Source: Girardia tigrina
Lineage: Eukaryota
Assembly (NCBI GenBank): GCA_001938485.1
Contig: MQRK01168336.1
Location: 1 to 64,000, forward strand
Direction: 5' to 3'
DNA: 64,000 nt
Shown here: positions 39,003 to 52,176 of the stretch, in pieces
Position numbering within the stretch: the stretch's first letter is position 1
Layout of the letters: every line of letters starts with the position of its first letter
Position numbers and translations under genes: made by a program
The notes under the pieces: model-generated
Database searches by the model: none
Told to the model about the DNA's origin: nothing
Seen by the model: the letters and a program-made list of their open reading frames with translations, nothing else

Positions 39003-39450
39003 TGTGATTATTAGCAACATCACAATTTGTGTAAACATTGATGAACAACACAAACATTTCCACTAGCAATTTCTGCGGAAATCGTCAATCTTGATTAATA
39101 TGATTTTGTCTATCTATTCAAATCTTAAAATCAATTAATGGAACAAGTTTAATATTAACTTTTAATTTCTGAAAATTTTATTGAATAAAGATACATTAAG
39201 TAATTTTTAAAATAAGCATGAGTTTTAAAAATATATTAAATTCAATAAGTTAAATTGTTTACCAAAAAATATTAAAATTTACAATTATTAAACTTTTAAT
39301 TAATTAGTACTTAAAATTAATATCATTAAATTAATTTCATTAGATTCAAGTAATCAATCAATAAACATATCAATCCCATCTGAGTAGGAGAGTCACAAAT
39401 CTAAACAGCATACAAACAACAAACTTACAACATTCCAAATTATCCCTCAC
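39003..39450 (-). repeat. Solo LTR (TGTGAGG family)
   Basis: Direct repeat of 37945-38404; its 5' ~230 bp is a close reverse-complement match to 51950-52176. Confidence 0.8.
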
Positions 39451-39703
39451 TGTGATATTCGTTATTCACTGAACACGATTTGTTTCAGTCTCTCTGATCT
39501 TTATTCTCTAATCCAGTATAGCCTATCTGATTTATTTTCATCAAAAACAGATTTTCGATCATATTTAAAATGGTTGAATCATTGTGGGACAGAGGCAATA
39601 GGTAGACTTTCTTAACCATAGATAAACCTAAATTCGACCATCTACAAAACAACTTTCAAAATTTAGTGCTTTGTAAAATTTTAAAAAAAATCAAATATAA
39701 ATA

Positions 39704-39980
39704 TAGGGTGTTCTAAAAAATAGTGTTTTTCATAATCCATTCTATATATATCGGAGTATGATATAATCTCCAATAGAAAGACACAAATATAATTTTAAAC
39801 GAACAATACATAGTTCCATTCAATGTCAATTACCTCTTGCAGGTGGTGTTAATAATAAATATAATGAATGATACCATTTTAACTTATTTCTTATGGAAAA
39901 TAAATGATATTTTAAATACTTAGGATATATTTTCTATGGTTGTTATTAGAACTATGGTTATTATTTATTAGAACACCATG
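39704..39980. mobile_element. Tc1/mariner-type MITE
   Basis: TIR TAGGGTGTTCTAA / TTAGAACACCATG with TA flanks. Confidence 0.6.
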
Positions 39981-40464
39981 TAGTCCAACATTTGCTCGAG
40001 GAACATATTCTTTTTTGAATCGAGAGTGATTATTCCTTTTTTTCATTTAGTACCTGTATAATTATGCTACTATATCTGTTTGGTAAGATAACCATCATTT
40101 ACACAAATAAATTCTTGTCTAACAATGAAACTGCACTAAATTCTAATGAAGTTTAAGCAGTAATTTAAATACAGAGATGACGCTTTTTCTCTCAAAACGA
40201 CAAAGTATCATACTTGCCTTTTGTAAACTGATTTGTCTGTACACTTTATGAGTTTAGATTTTCTTTGCAAAAAACTTGATTATTAATTATTTTACAATTT
40301 TGTATTATAATTCAAGCTTGATTGCTCAAGGCGTTTCATCAAATTTTAATAATATGTTCTAATTATTTGAAAAAATTGAAATTATTTCATCATTGTTTGT
40401 CACAATATATTTGATAAAAACTTTGATTTTCATTAAGTCATATGACAATATTATGTATATCTAG

Positions 40465-41740
40465 TACGTTCAATAAGTACCTGGTCTGACAAAGAAAAGG
40501 GTCATTTTTATAACATATCAAGCTTAACGTTTGTAGACATCATTTTTAAAAACAAAGTCCATCTCGCTCCACACACTTCCGCCAACAAATAATCAACTTA
40601 GAAAACACCTTTTTGAAAGAATCTGATAAGATGCAACGAAGAAATTCTCTACGGAATCATTCAAATATTCTTTTGATTTAAAATAGATACCTCTCAAATG
40701 CTTTTTCAGATGTATAATGAAGTAAGAATTGCTCGGTGCCAAATCTTGGATGTGCGGCGGATTATCTACAAGTACTATTCTAGTATCTTCAATTGTGGTC
40801 CGAGAAATGTGCACTATTTTCAATAGCGCATTGTCGTGGAGAAACCATAGTAACGTGTTCTTCTGCTTCTGTATATTCTTACTGGCGGTTGCTACGAGTT
40901 GGCTGTAATAGGCATCGTTGATGGTGATGCTTTTATCAGAGAAATACAGGAGAATATGATCCTTTATGATTTCAGATTAGGAAAAGCATCATTGCTCGTT
41001 TATAAATTGTCCCCGTTCACATCTTCAGAGATTGCTTCTCTCCAGATAGTTTCAACTCTTCGAACTGACGATTTGTTTCTGAAAAATTCGTACTGAAAAG
41101 GAGTTTCATCCTACGTAACTAAATTGCAAGGAAGGTCTCACCTTGCTTGTTCTATGGGTTCATGTTTTTTTGACTGCACTCCAAACAGTTTCGCATTATT
41201 TCACCAGTCAAGAAGCGGGGTAAGAATCTAAACCACAGTTTTCTGCTACCCATAGATTTCAATTTAGAGTAGGCTGTACGAACACTGATTATGAGCTTGG
41301 TTAACAGCATTTTCATGGTAATTCGATGCTTTTCTTTGGTCGTCTTCTCCAATTTTTTTAACTGTGTCAAACATTTTTTGTGGTTGAACTTTTTTTTAAT
41401 AAAAATCTGAGGTGTGACCACTTTTAAACTTCATATCCCAATATTTAACATTTATCAGAGATAGGGACTCGGGTAGTTAAGTTGACTGCAAAAGGTCGTA
41501 GATTTCACTGTGAATATTATTCTACTACATAAATAATTTGACAACAGTACGATATTCCAACGTCTGAAATCATCGCACTGACGAAAATTCAAAATGTCGC
41601 AATAAAAATTTTTTTATGTTTGAAAAAAAACAGTTAATGAAATTTAAACCTAAATTAATTTATTTCATCACACAAAAAAACAAAAATTTTCTATTACATT
41701 TCTTTACCTTAGGTCAGGTACTTATCTAACGCACCACGTA
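40465..41740 (-). mobile_element. Degenerate mariner element
   Basis: TIR-like ends CGTTCAATAAGTACCTG / CAGGTACTTATCTAACG; remnants WFRFLPRFLT, DET, HDNA, PPHIQDLAPSN. Confidence 0.8.
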
Positions 41741-42739
41741 TTTAAAAAATATAATGAATTAAATAATACAATAAATAATAAATATTTATGACTTGTAAAT
41801 AAATACAAACTTCATCTTCTACAATATAATCCTAAACAGAAAGCAAGTCTATCAAATAAAACATTAATTAATTCACTCCACTGACTTCAAAAACAAATTA
41901 AAGATGTAGGACATAAATGTAATGGTTAATATATATAATATTTTATATATTTGATAGGAAATAAAAATTAAAATACTTTTTTCTTAAACTTTTATGAGAT
42001 AAAATTTATAGAAACATAATAAACTTATTCGTTCGTTCAAGAGTAAATGAAAATTAAATTTTAGATATACGATTAAAATTGTTATATTTCTTACATTAAT
42101 TATAATTACACTTCAAATTTAATTTTATATATAAAAAAAATAATTTTGATCTTTTCTTTTCCTTTTTCTGCGCTATTCCTCACTCCTTTTCCGGCCAAAT
42201 TAAAAATAATTTGGTCAATTTTCCCCGATTTTGACAGTCTTATAACCCCGGCCAAATGAATTCTGTACATTTTAACGACATATATTATTAAATGTGGTTG
42301 AAAATGGCTAAATAAAGTTGATAAAGAATTAATTTTCTCTGAAATTAAACAAAACTTTTCACGTTTCTCATTTGTAAATATTGAAGATTGATATTAAACT
42401 AAAGCCAAATATAAGAATGTCGAGAAGGGAGTTTGGGATTATTTTTATCTGTCATTTTCAGTTGACTTTGTAAGATTTAATTTTTATGTAAAGATTCTGC
42501 TTCAAATGAAAAAAATATAAAAATTGTGAGAATTGTTCGTTCTTCACATAGGGAAATTTTTAACAGAAATTGAGTTAACGTCAACGAAATTTGTTTAGTA
42601 GAACATTTTTCTAGGATAGATATATTATATTTTGAATAATTACCAAATCTTTACAACTGGTAATTCGATGATGATGCGTATTACGCTGACCACATTTGAT
42701 GAAGACGTTTGATTGAAGATAGATATCAAAAAGAGAGAT

Positions 42740-43102
42740 TTATATATGGTTCGTCACTATGGTACTACATGAAAATACGCCAGTGCAGGTAGTTGACGTC
42801 TTTTGGGCCACAATTGAAGGTTCTGGACTAGTGTTGTTGGAAGAAGCATTTGAGAGGCATCTAGTTTAGATTCAAAGACGATTAGAAAGTTGACAAAGAG
42901 GATTTCTTCATCGCTTCCAATCCGAATTTCTCAAAAAAGCGTTTTCAGAGTTGATTATTTGTTGTCCGAAGTGTGTTATGAGAGAGGGAATAATATTGGA
43001 AAATGATGTCTACAAACGTTAAGCTTGACGTGCTATAATAATGACCCTTTTTGGAATTCGTTTTCTTTGTCAGACTGGGTATTTATTGAACGCTCCACGT
43101 AA
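42740..43102 (+). mobile_element. 3' end of a second copy of the same mariner family, inverted relative to 40465-41740
   Basis: AAATGATGTCTACAAACGTTAAGCTTGA...TTTCTTTGTCAGAC...TATTGAACG is the reverse complement of 40465-40545. Confidence 0.7.
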
Positions 43103-43159
43103 TATGTCAATGAATTGTGAATTAGTTGTTTTTCGTTTTCCTTTCTTAAAATCCATATA

Positions 43160-44441
43160 TTGGGTTGGCCAAAAAGTCATTGCGGTTTTAACTAAAATAT
43201 TTATCATCAAAAAATGACATGGATGCACAAATATTTTTACACGATATACTGTCCATTATTTTTAATCACTTTCTTCCACCTTTCCGGTACCCTCATTATT
43301 CCTGATTCATAAAAACCTTTGCCTTTGTCAGAAAAAAAGCCGTCTAGGAACGTTTTGATGTCATCATCACTGGCGAATGTTTTTCTGTTTAAGTAATTCT
43401 GTAGTGATCTAAATAAGTGAAAATCCGATGGGGCTAAGTCTGGAGAATACGGTGGATGCGGCAAAACCTCTCAACCCAGTGATAAGAGTTTCTGGCGAGT
43501 GGTCAAACTTGTATGCGGTCTTGCGTTATCATGCTGAATTACAACTCCTTTTCGATTTGCCAATTCAGGACGTTCCTGTTGAATTAAATGAGCCAATTTC
43601 TCCAGCTGACCACAATATTTGTCTGAATTGATGGTTTCATTCCTCGGAAGAAGTTCAAAAAACACAATTCCTTTAAAATCCCACCAGACGGAAAGCATAA
43701 CCTTTTTTTGCTGAATTTCTGCTTTTGGGATCGTTTTGGCAGGCTCACCACGTTTAGTCCATGATCATCGGCGTTCCACATTGTTGTAAACAATCCATTT
43801 TTCGTCACCCGTAATCAAGAGCTTCAAAATGGATCACTTTGTTCTCGCTTCAAAAGGGAATCGCAAATGTCAATACGTTTCACCAAATGAATTTCTTTCA
43901 CTACATGTGGTAACCACATATCGAGTTTACTGACGAATCCAAGTTTCTTTAAATGACTTCCAACCATTGATTTTGATATTTCCAAAGTCCCTGCAACTTC
44001 TCTTGTCGTCATATGTGGATTAGATTTGATCAGTGCTGTTATTTTGTCGCCATCAACTTCAACTGGTCGACCGGAGCGTGGTGCATCTTTCAGATGAAAT
44101 TTTTCAGAACGAAATTTAGAAAACCAGTATTGACACTGTCGAAGTTTTAAGGAATCACTACCATATGCAAAACATATCTTCTTATGAGCTTGCACAGTGG
44201 TTTTCACTTTGCGAAAATAATGCAACAAAACATGACGAATATGCTCATTTTGATTTTCCATTTCGAATTGACGGTAAAGTAATAAATTAAAACAAAATCA
44301 ATTAATATTTTGTATAAACATAGTCCGAAAATTAAGGTTTCAGAATATATAATTGAATTTAAATTTTATTACATCGTTTTATATTTTCAAGCTTTTTATT
44401 AGGACGTACTCAAAAACGCAATGACATTTTGGCCAACTCAA
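43160..44441 (-). mobile_element. Full-length mariner element (DD34D; Hsmar1/cecropia-like TIRs), transposase 44261-43237 disrupted
   Basis: TIR TTGGGTTGGCCAAAAAGTCATTGCG; TA TSD on both sides; WLPHVV, TGDEKW, HDNARPH, YSPDLAPSD motifs; frameshifts and one in-frame stop. Confidence 0.96.
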
Positions 44442-45071
44442 TAGCTTTTCCGTTCATTACGTATTTTCAGTAAATATCATTGTAACAACATTTTGAGAAC
44501 TGTTTCATGTTTTAATTTGTTTCCGTCAGTATTTTGTGATTTTGTGCTTGTATGATAAAAATTTAAACTTTTTAGAAAAAAAGAACTAATTTTCATTGCA
44601 TAAAATTCGTTGCAATTTATATTTGACGGAAGATCAAATGACAGTAACCCCACTGTACAATCAGTAGTGTGATTTCCAGATTTATCTCTCTTCACTGAAA
44701 ATTTGTTACCAGTAGACTGATTTTTGTTTTTTATTTAATATTGGATAATAGTACAGTTGAGAATGTGACTGAATTTGTAGAAGAAATATCAAATTAATTA
44801 GAAAAAATAAAAAAATAATTAAAAAAAGAATTTTTAACAAATGATTAAACAAAAAATCCAGCAGTTATGAGAAGAGGTGATTTAATGCGTATCCTTACAA
44901 CCATGGAAAAAATCAACTCACAAATCTAAAAGGAAGTATCGTCGTGTCTTGTCAACCATATTCTCGTAATGAAAGAAAACAGAAATCCAGAAAAAATTAA
45001 AAGATTCAAAACCTTGAAATTTCAATTTGTTTTGCATATAATATATTAATAAAATAAATTTTATAATATAT

Positions 45072-45364
45072 TGTCGTAGCCCTCAGTGCGGATGTTCGTA
45101 CTCAATGATTGGAACCATATTACAATCGATTTATGAAACTAAAACAACTTCGATGTATAAAAATATTTATTTAAAAAAACTAAACTATTCCAATAATTTT
45201 TGAATATTGAAACAACTTATTTATTTGATTAATTTTTAATAATTATTGAAATTATTAAATTTATAATTATTTTTTATATTTATTAGTCCCATTTTCTTTA
45301 ACATCGTCGTCTCCGATTCTCACTGAATTTATTTAATATTTGGAATAAAAAAGGGGGCACTACA
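45072..45364. repeat. Candidate solo LTR (TG...CA)
   Basis: Ends TGTCGTAGCCC / GGGCACTACA are imperfectly inverted; flanks TATAT/AATAT. Confidence 0.4.
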
Positions 45365-46225
45365 AATATGTTTAAATCTTATTTGTGACAATTTTACTCC
45401 AATTTGAATTGTGCAGGCGTTTGTAGAAAGTGCCTATTTACTGTTGTAATGTGAGTTTTCTTCCACCTTGTAATGGTTCGGGGCTCGACTGAAACGCCAG
45501 ACTTTGACTCCGAGCTCCAGGAAACCGATCAAAAATCAGCCTGGTATCGAAAACTGTAAATTGTAGCGCGGTCGACAAATCCGTGTTTCGGCGAGCATCA
45601 ATTGATCGAGAACGACTCCGGAATGACAACGATGCGCCACCACAAACGGACTGAAAATCTCCGCGAATGGAACGGCTGACAAAACGGCCGCAGAGGAAAT
45701 AAAAAATATGATTTTTCGAATATTAAATTTAATCATGGCCAATTGTATTTTATTTTAGTTAATAAAAAATATTGATAAATATTTATGTTCGCGTTGTAAT
45801 TGTCTTTGACCCTTACTTGAGCCCAATTTAAATTAAAATATTAGAAAAATAAAATTAAGTAAAATTAAATTAAATAAGTAAAAAAAATTAAAATTTTTTA
45901 TTAAAAAACTTTGTTACTGTTCATTTTAGGGAATAGGTTTACTTCAAAAAAGTTGTTTAAATTGAATAATCTATAAAATGAGTCATTATTTAACTTGTTT
46001 TCCAAAAATTCTTTGAAAAACTTTGTTACGTAATTTATTATATGATGCTACATTTAAAAACATTTTTTATTAGTCAATATACAATATATAGACCCTAAAC
46101 TTCAATTGAACATCAAAAATAGCGAAGGCATACCCTGTGGGACACACTGTAATATAAATAAATCTTAAACAAAAGAAACCTTTGTTTTTAATTGATTATT
46201 GAATAAAAACCGATGAGATTCAACA

Positions 46226-46394
46226 GATGTGTGTATGCAAATAATCGTTAGTTTCAGGCTGTGTCCGAACTCAAAACGACGATTTCGAAAGCTGGGGATG
46301 AAATTGAAGTCTAGTTGCTTGAGAATCTTATCAGAAGCATGCCGAATCACACTTTTGAGGTTATTAAGAACAGTGGTGGCGATATCGGCTGTTA
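46226..46394 (+). pseudogene. Tc3/Tc1 transposase C-terminal remnant
   Basis: RCVYANNR*FQAVSELKTTISKAGDEIEV*LLENLIRSMPNHTFEVIKNSGG. Confidence 0.8.
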
Positions 46395-47148
46395 GAATAA
46401 AAACTGCGCCTGGCTTTTCCCCATTTATGGTTGTAAGTTGTACTGTGGTTATAAATATGAAATTCACGTAAAATCGATTTTAAGCCGTAGCTGGCAGTGA
46501 GTAAAACAAAATGATTATAACACATCTACTTGTTCAACTTTTACTTATCTATAAGAAATAGCATTAATAGTATTTGTTAATTCGTTGTGAAAAACATGGA
46601 CTTAGAGAAATGGTGGATGCGGCTTTAATTATGAAACTTATTGTACATTTTTATCATAAACAATATCAGAAAAAAAGTGTTAATGGTGTAAAAGATTTAA
46701 TTTTGAACCTATTTTGAATTTTGAACCCATTTTTTGAATTGAACCCATTTTGAATTTTATGACAATAAAATATAATTTTCAAATTTAATTCAATGTTTGT
46801 TGCTTTTAACAATTTTTTTAAGTTTTTAAATCCTTCAGCATAAGATGATGTCAAAATACATTGAAACATATCCGGAATAACAAAAAGTGTTTTAATCAAA
46901 TTATTTATATATATTTGTATACTTTTTGTTAACTCGATAATCTTTTGACGATCCTTATAAATTCTTTATTAAATTTCTAGAGTTTTTTAAACAAAAACCT
47001 TACCTGGACTTACCATTCTTATTAACGGAAAAAAATTTTAAAATTTCTGCCAAAATAAGAGATTATATATAAAAGAATTTACGAAAAAAAGAAAGAAGAA
47101 AGACATAAAATTATATTTAATCAAAGATGATAGATTAAAATAAGATTG

Positions 47149-47267
47149 ATAAATTTATTATGTTATTAGTAACTATTAAATGACAAAATAGAGTTCTTAA
47201 AATTTTAATATGAAATTTTCTCTTCTAAGAAATTTTTAAATAGTTACTAATCATATAATAAATTTAT
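47149..47267 (-). repeat. ~120-bp repeat with self-inverted ends; inverted copy of 49222-49340
   Basis: Near-exact reverse complement of 49222-49340. Confidence 0.85.
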
Positions 47268-47344
47268 NNNNNNNNNNNNNNNNNNNNNNNNNNNNNNNNN
47301 NNNNNNNNNNNNNNNNNNNNNNNNNNNNNNNNNNNNNNNNNNNN

Positions 47345-47375
<31 letters not shown>

Positions 47376-47883
47376 AATAAATCATAATCGCCGTATTTTT
47401 GGATCACATTTCACCTTCAGAAAAGATCAAGCGGTTAATCATAAGCAATAATAAGATTATTTACCAGATCCATTTATTATATCCCTTAAACAATTAAATT
47501 ATTTTCCCATGGACCCGATCTCTTCTTATTAATAATGAAGCTTATCACTTTGATTCCCTAGTTAATGTCTTATAATAATATATTTTTATTTCGATTCATT
47601 TAGTTATTTTAGTATTTATTTATATATGTTTTTTTGATTGTTGCTCTTTAATTTATCATCATTTTTATACGTCTTACAATTATATTTCTTTATTTTAGTC
47701 TCAAGGAAATATGATCCAATTGTCCATCTGATCCCCGATTTGGGAAGTTATTTGAGCAGTTCACAATCGTCTTATAACAAATCCGGTTTGAAAGGCTTTG
47801 TAACAGAGAAACAATCAAAAACGTCTAATCAAAGTGAACTCCTTAATCATATGTAAGATATTTTATCCAGTAATTTTCAGATA

Positions 47884-48105
47884 TTATTTCACAATTCACG
47901 ACATGTTTCGTTCTTATCAGAACATTTTGATAAATATTCTGTGTTTGATACAGACTATCTTGTGGTTTTAGTATTGAATTTTTAATAAATCTGTTCTTTT
48001 AAGGGAGGCTATACCTGATAAGGTTCTGATAAGAACGAAACATGTCGTGAATTGTGAAATAATAAATGGTTTAATTATTTTTAATTAACAAAAAGTAAAC
48101 ATCGT
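47884..48105 (+). mobile_element. PLE pseudo-LTR with a short inverted arm and a hammerhead variant (48011-48050)
   Basis: 47884-47921 is the reverse complement of 48023-48063; CTGATAA-G-GTTCT(gata)AGAAC-GAAA-CATG-TC (G8 changed to A). Confidence 0.7.
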
Positions 48106-48792
48106 CGAATTTATTATGAAATTTAAATTACTTTCTGAATTTTATGTGAATTTATTATAGGAAGTTTGATATAAATATCATCGACAAATGAAAAGTTCTA
48201 AGTTACAAAGATAAAATAATTTATACTGCAAAATGAAAATGAAGAATGAACAAATAGAACTTTGATTAAACGGTTATTTTTATTTCAAACAAAATTAATA
48301 ATTTATTTGACGCTTTGTTTATTAAAAATGATATCATTTATTTTGTAAGAACATAAAGAGTATGATTTACTCTACATACTACCGTAATTCATATAAGCCT
48401 CCCCCGACTGTAACAGATAACTGTGTATAAATATAGTAAACTCTGATACTCAGTATTGGAGCATGGATTAATGAATCATAGACTCTGTATCGGGTGGAAA
48501 CCTCAAAACCCAAACTTTAAAACTAACTATCTATTTTTCCATGGCTTTATATTAGCTTGCTTTCTATGTACGTATCCATGGAATGTATTTTTGAAGGCTT
48601 TTTGCTCAATCAATTTTCAAAAAAATTTTGAACACTTACTCATTTTCGATGACAATAAATGATTATATAAAAAGTTGATCAAACTAGAAAATCAAAAATT
48701 TCTTCTGCAAAAAACGTTTTTCGAGTATCCACAAATTTTTAATTTGCATTAATTAGAATTTTTGCACTTTTTCCATGCTTTATATATAAATG

Positions 48793-48840
<48 letters not shown>
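48793..48840. repeat. (TA)n(GA)n compound microsatellite; other (TA)n tracts at ~16074, 24864, 29132, 34183, 47345, 49180
   Basis: Read directly from the sequence. Confidence 0.9.
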
Positions 48841-48847
<7 letters not shown>

Positions 48848-49219
48848 TTTAACTTCATAGTATTTGGAATCAGACTTTTCAAAATTGGTAATTTTAAATG
48901 TTTAAAACCCTCTGACTAAGAAATCGATAAGATATACCTTGATTCAAGTGGGTTATAATTTATATTAGGGAAAATGGTATGATGATTATATATATAATTT
49001 TGTGAGGACGTTATTATCGTATTATTAGCATTTTTATAACTAATTTTTAACTGATTTAATATTTTATCTTAATTTTGATGAGTTAATTTTTTGATAAAAA
49101 ACTAATGTTAATTTCATTTGAAGAGTACAAATAATACGCCGAAATTAATAATAATAAATGGAGTTCGGTTTTTTAATCAATATATATATATATATATATA
49201 TGAAATTTATATATATTTT

Positions 49220-49436
49220 AAATAAATTTATTATATGATTAGTAACTATTTAAAAATTTCTTAGAAGAGAAAATTTCATATTAAAATTTTAAGAACTCTA
49301 TTTTGTCATTTAATAGTTACTAATAACATAATAAATTTATTAAAACTGTAATAGTAATTTTCTTTCCACAAAAGATAACCAAAACATTCTGTTGGCCAAG
49401 TAGAGTTCTGTTTTCCTAAAGTTGTGATTTACTAGT
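49220..49436 (+). mobile_element. Member of a dispersed Helitron-like repeat family ending TTTACTAGT
   Basis: Shares AATAAATTTATTAAAA.TGTAATAGTAATTTTC...CAAAAGATAAC...TTCTGTTG.CCAAG.AGAGTTCTG with 12591-12710; partial copies at 50298-50345 and, reversed, 56790-56860. Confidence 0.6.
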
Positions 49437-51949
49437 TGTGATCTTAACCTTGTTTGTTTCTGTCTTCTTGTTTTTAGTTCGTAACTAAATATATATTTAT
49501 ATTTTATCGAAATTACATTACTTTTATCATTTATATTTTATTATTCTTTTAGAAATAGTTTTGAGGAGGATTTGACAAAAAGCAATTTAAAAAAAGATTT
49601 CAAATTAAATATTGCTTCTAATTTTCGAACGAATTGACATTTAGGTTAATTTAATTTTATTCTTAAAACTATAATAATTTAAAATTAAAATAATTAATAA
49701 AGATTGCTATAAATATTTTTTTATTGAAAAATTATTAAAATTTTCTAAGGATAAATAAAAAATTATTTAGATAATAGAAAAATAACTAAATGATTTATAA
49801 TTAAAGAAAAGAATGGGTAACTTTGCTCGATTTTAAAATTATTTATTTGCTTATCTTATAGTTATTTTTCTTATGGTCGACTTCAATATTGATGTAACAT
49901 ATAAATATACCTCATTCTCGAAAGAAAGATTTCCTCTTTTTCATGTAACTAGAAAATCCATTTGATAATTTTCTGACTTTGTAGATGCGGATTTTTTAAT
50001 ATTTCAATTTGCCTCTGAGCTTATTTTACAATCAATCGTTTTGATCCTGTCCTTTGGTGTCTTATGTTGACCCATATTCACTTGGAACATAATGCTTTCT
50101 TCCTTTTCCGTCTTCGATGACACCGTTATTTTCAGAAGGATTGACAATTTATTTATAATTTTCTTTAATATCCCATTATATAATTTCTTTTATTCTATTG
50201 GCTTTTCACAATACCAAAAATTTTCACGAATATATTTATTTAACCAAATTTATAAAATGTAAAATTTACATACGTACAAAAATGAACAAGTAATTCAAAA
50301 ATAGTTACTAATAACATAATAAATTTATTAAAAACTGTAATAATAAAATAAAATAATAATAATTAATAAAATATAAATAAGTCAACACTATTTTACTGAA
50401 ATTTCAAGTTTCTTTTTATACTGTATATTTTTTATTTCATTTTAATAAATATTAAATGAACCCCTTTATTAATTAATATTTCTTACGCTGATTCAAACCG
50501 TTTTGGGCAAGGAGAGAGAGAGAGGAATTTATAAATAATTATTACAGTATATAATTTATAATTTAAATTCCGAAACAACAATATTCCTTATTTTATCTTG
50601 TAATTCACATTTAATCGTTTATTTGGGCCTAATTTTTTTGTTTGATCTTTTCATTGATACAATAAAGTAATGTATATGGAAAATCTTTTCGAGATTTATT
50701 TTAGTTTTTAGTATCACTTATTTTATTTTTAAATTAACTGTTTTGTTTTAGTTTGTTTCATTTAACCAATTACTTCCTTTGAACGAGCGGCGTTCACACA
50801 CTTTGTACTTATCAAATAGCGCAAACCTGAAAGTTACTCTCAAGTTTCGACTTGTCTGCATGTATACGAGCCATAAAGGTATAACATCGGTTTGTCTTTT
50901 TTATCTTGGGTTTTTTTTGTTTTAAAGACATTATTAAATATTATTTAATTGACTTTATTTTTAAACTTAATACTATTTTTGTAAAACTAATCCGAGCATT
51001 AAGTGGTTAGTTAATCTTAATATGCTTCACGTTTGGTCAAATTTTCAGATTTTCGCGACACATGTCGTAATTTGTAATAGATCTTGACCTCTTTATTGGA
51101 AATATAAAATGACAACGACAACATGAATTAGGAATTTGTCTTTCTTCCTTTAGTCTCCCGATAATTGTCTCATTGTATACACCTTATACCTTAATTAATT
51201 TGTAAGACATATGTTGTTCATGACCAATTCAATGCAAAATTTGGTTAGAAAAATATTTTTAATTTTATAATACAAGTTTGTGGTAAATAATGATTAGTAT
51301 TAATTACAATAAATATAAGTAAAATAAATTTATATATTTAACATTTCCTGTCATCAATCTTTCCTAATTGTCGAAAAACATTATTTTGCATCCACGAATC
51401 TCTCCTATCTGGTTTAGATTAAATACTCTGAATGTTTCTGTTGAAAAAATTAATTACAAATGAATTTAGAAAAAAATAAATTAACAAAAATAATCTAAAA
51501 CTTAAAACAGAATAATAAATTTTAATTCAATTATTTTCAATTTAAAACGATTAGTAACAAAAATAATATTGTTTTAATCATCACAAGTTGAAACTGTTTT
51601 TATAAAATAAAAAAAACTTAATAATTTTGACATTGTTTTTTTCCTTTTTCATTGAGAGAGAAAGAAAATTCTGAATGAAATAATAACAATTTATAAAAAA
51701 ATATTATTGTTAAATTCTTTTTTGTTCTACTTTATTTACTCAATGAATATTATATTATTTATGATATTTTTTACAAATGAAATAAATATAAATAAATAAT
51801 ATTATATTCTGTTATTAATTATGCTTAATAAAAATAGTTTTTCACAGGTTGAAAAACCTTTAAGTATCTTCCTTTAACCTTCAGATCTAAAAGAAAAGAA
51901 ATTCTTGTTTATCATTCATTCGATAAAGTTATGTAAGAAACTTCAGTAA

Positions 51950-52176
51950 TGTGAGGGATAATTTGGAATGTTGTAAGTTTGTTGTTTGTATGCTGTTTAG
52001 ATAGGTGACTCTCCTACTCAGATGGGATTGATATGTTATTGAGTGATTATTTGAATCTAATGAAATTATGTTAATAATATTAATTTTAAGTACTAATTAA
52101 TTAAAGTTTTATAATTATGAATTTTAATAATATTTTTAGTAAACGATTTTAACTTATTAAATTTAATAAATTTAAA
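51950..52176 (+). repeat. Truncated LTR (TGTGAGG family)
   Basis: Close reverse-complement match to 39225-39450. Confidence 0.8.

Noticed and set aside
37945-39450. Two LTRs ~600 bp apart read as one TRIM-like element
   Set aside because: No convincing PBS, PPT or TSD, and the LTRs are clearly diverged; treated as two solo LTRs
46226-46394. Possible alternative genetic code (TAG/TAA at Gln positions here and in the PMCA fragment; TGA at a Trp position in integrase)
   Set aside because: All are single transitions in decayed or isolated fragments; host exons and full ORFs use standard codons and stops
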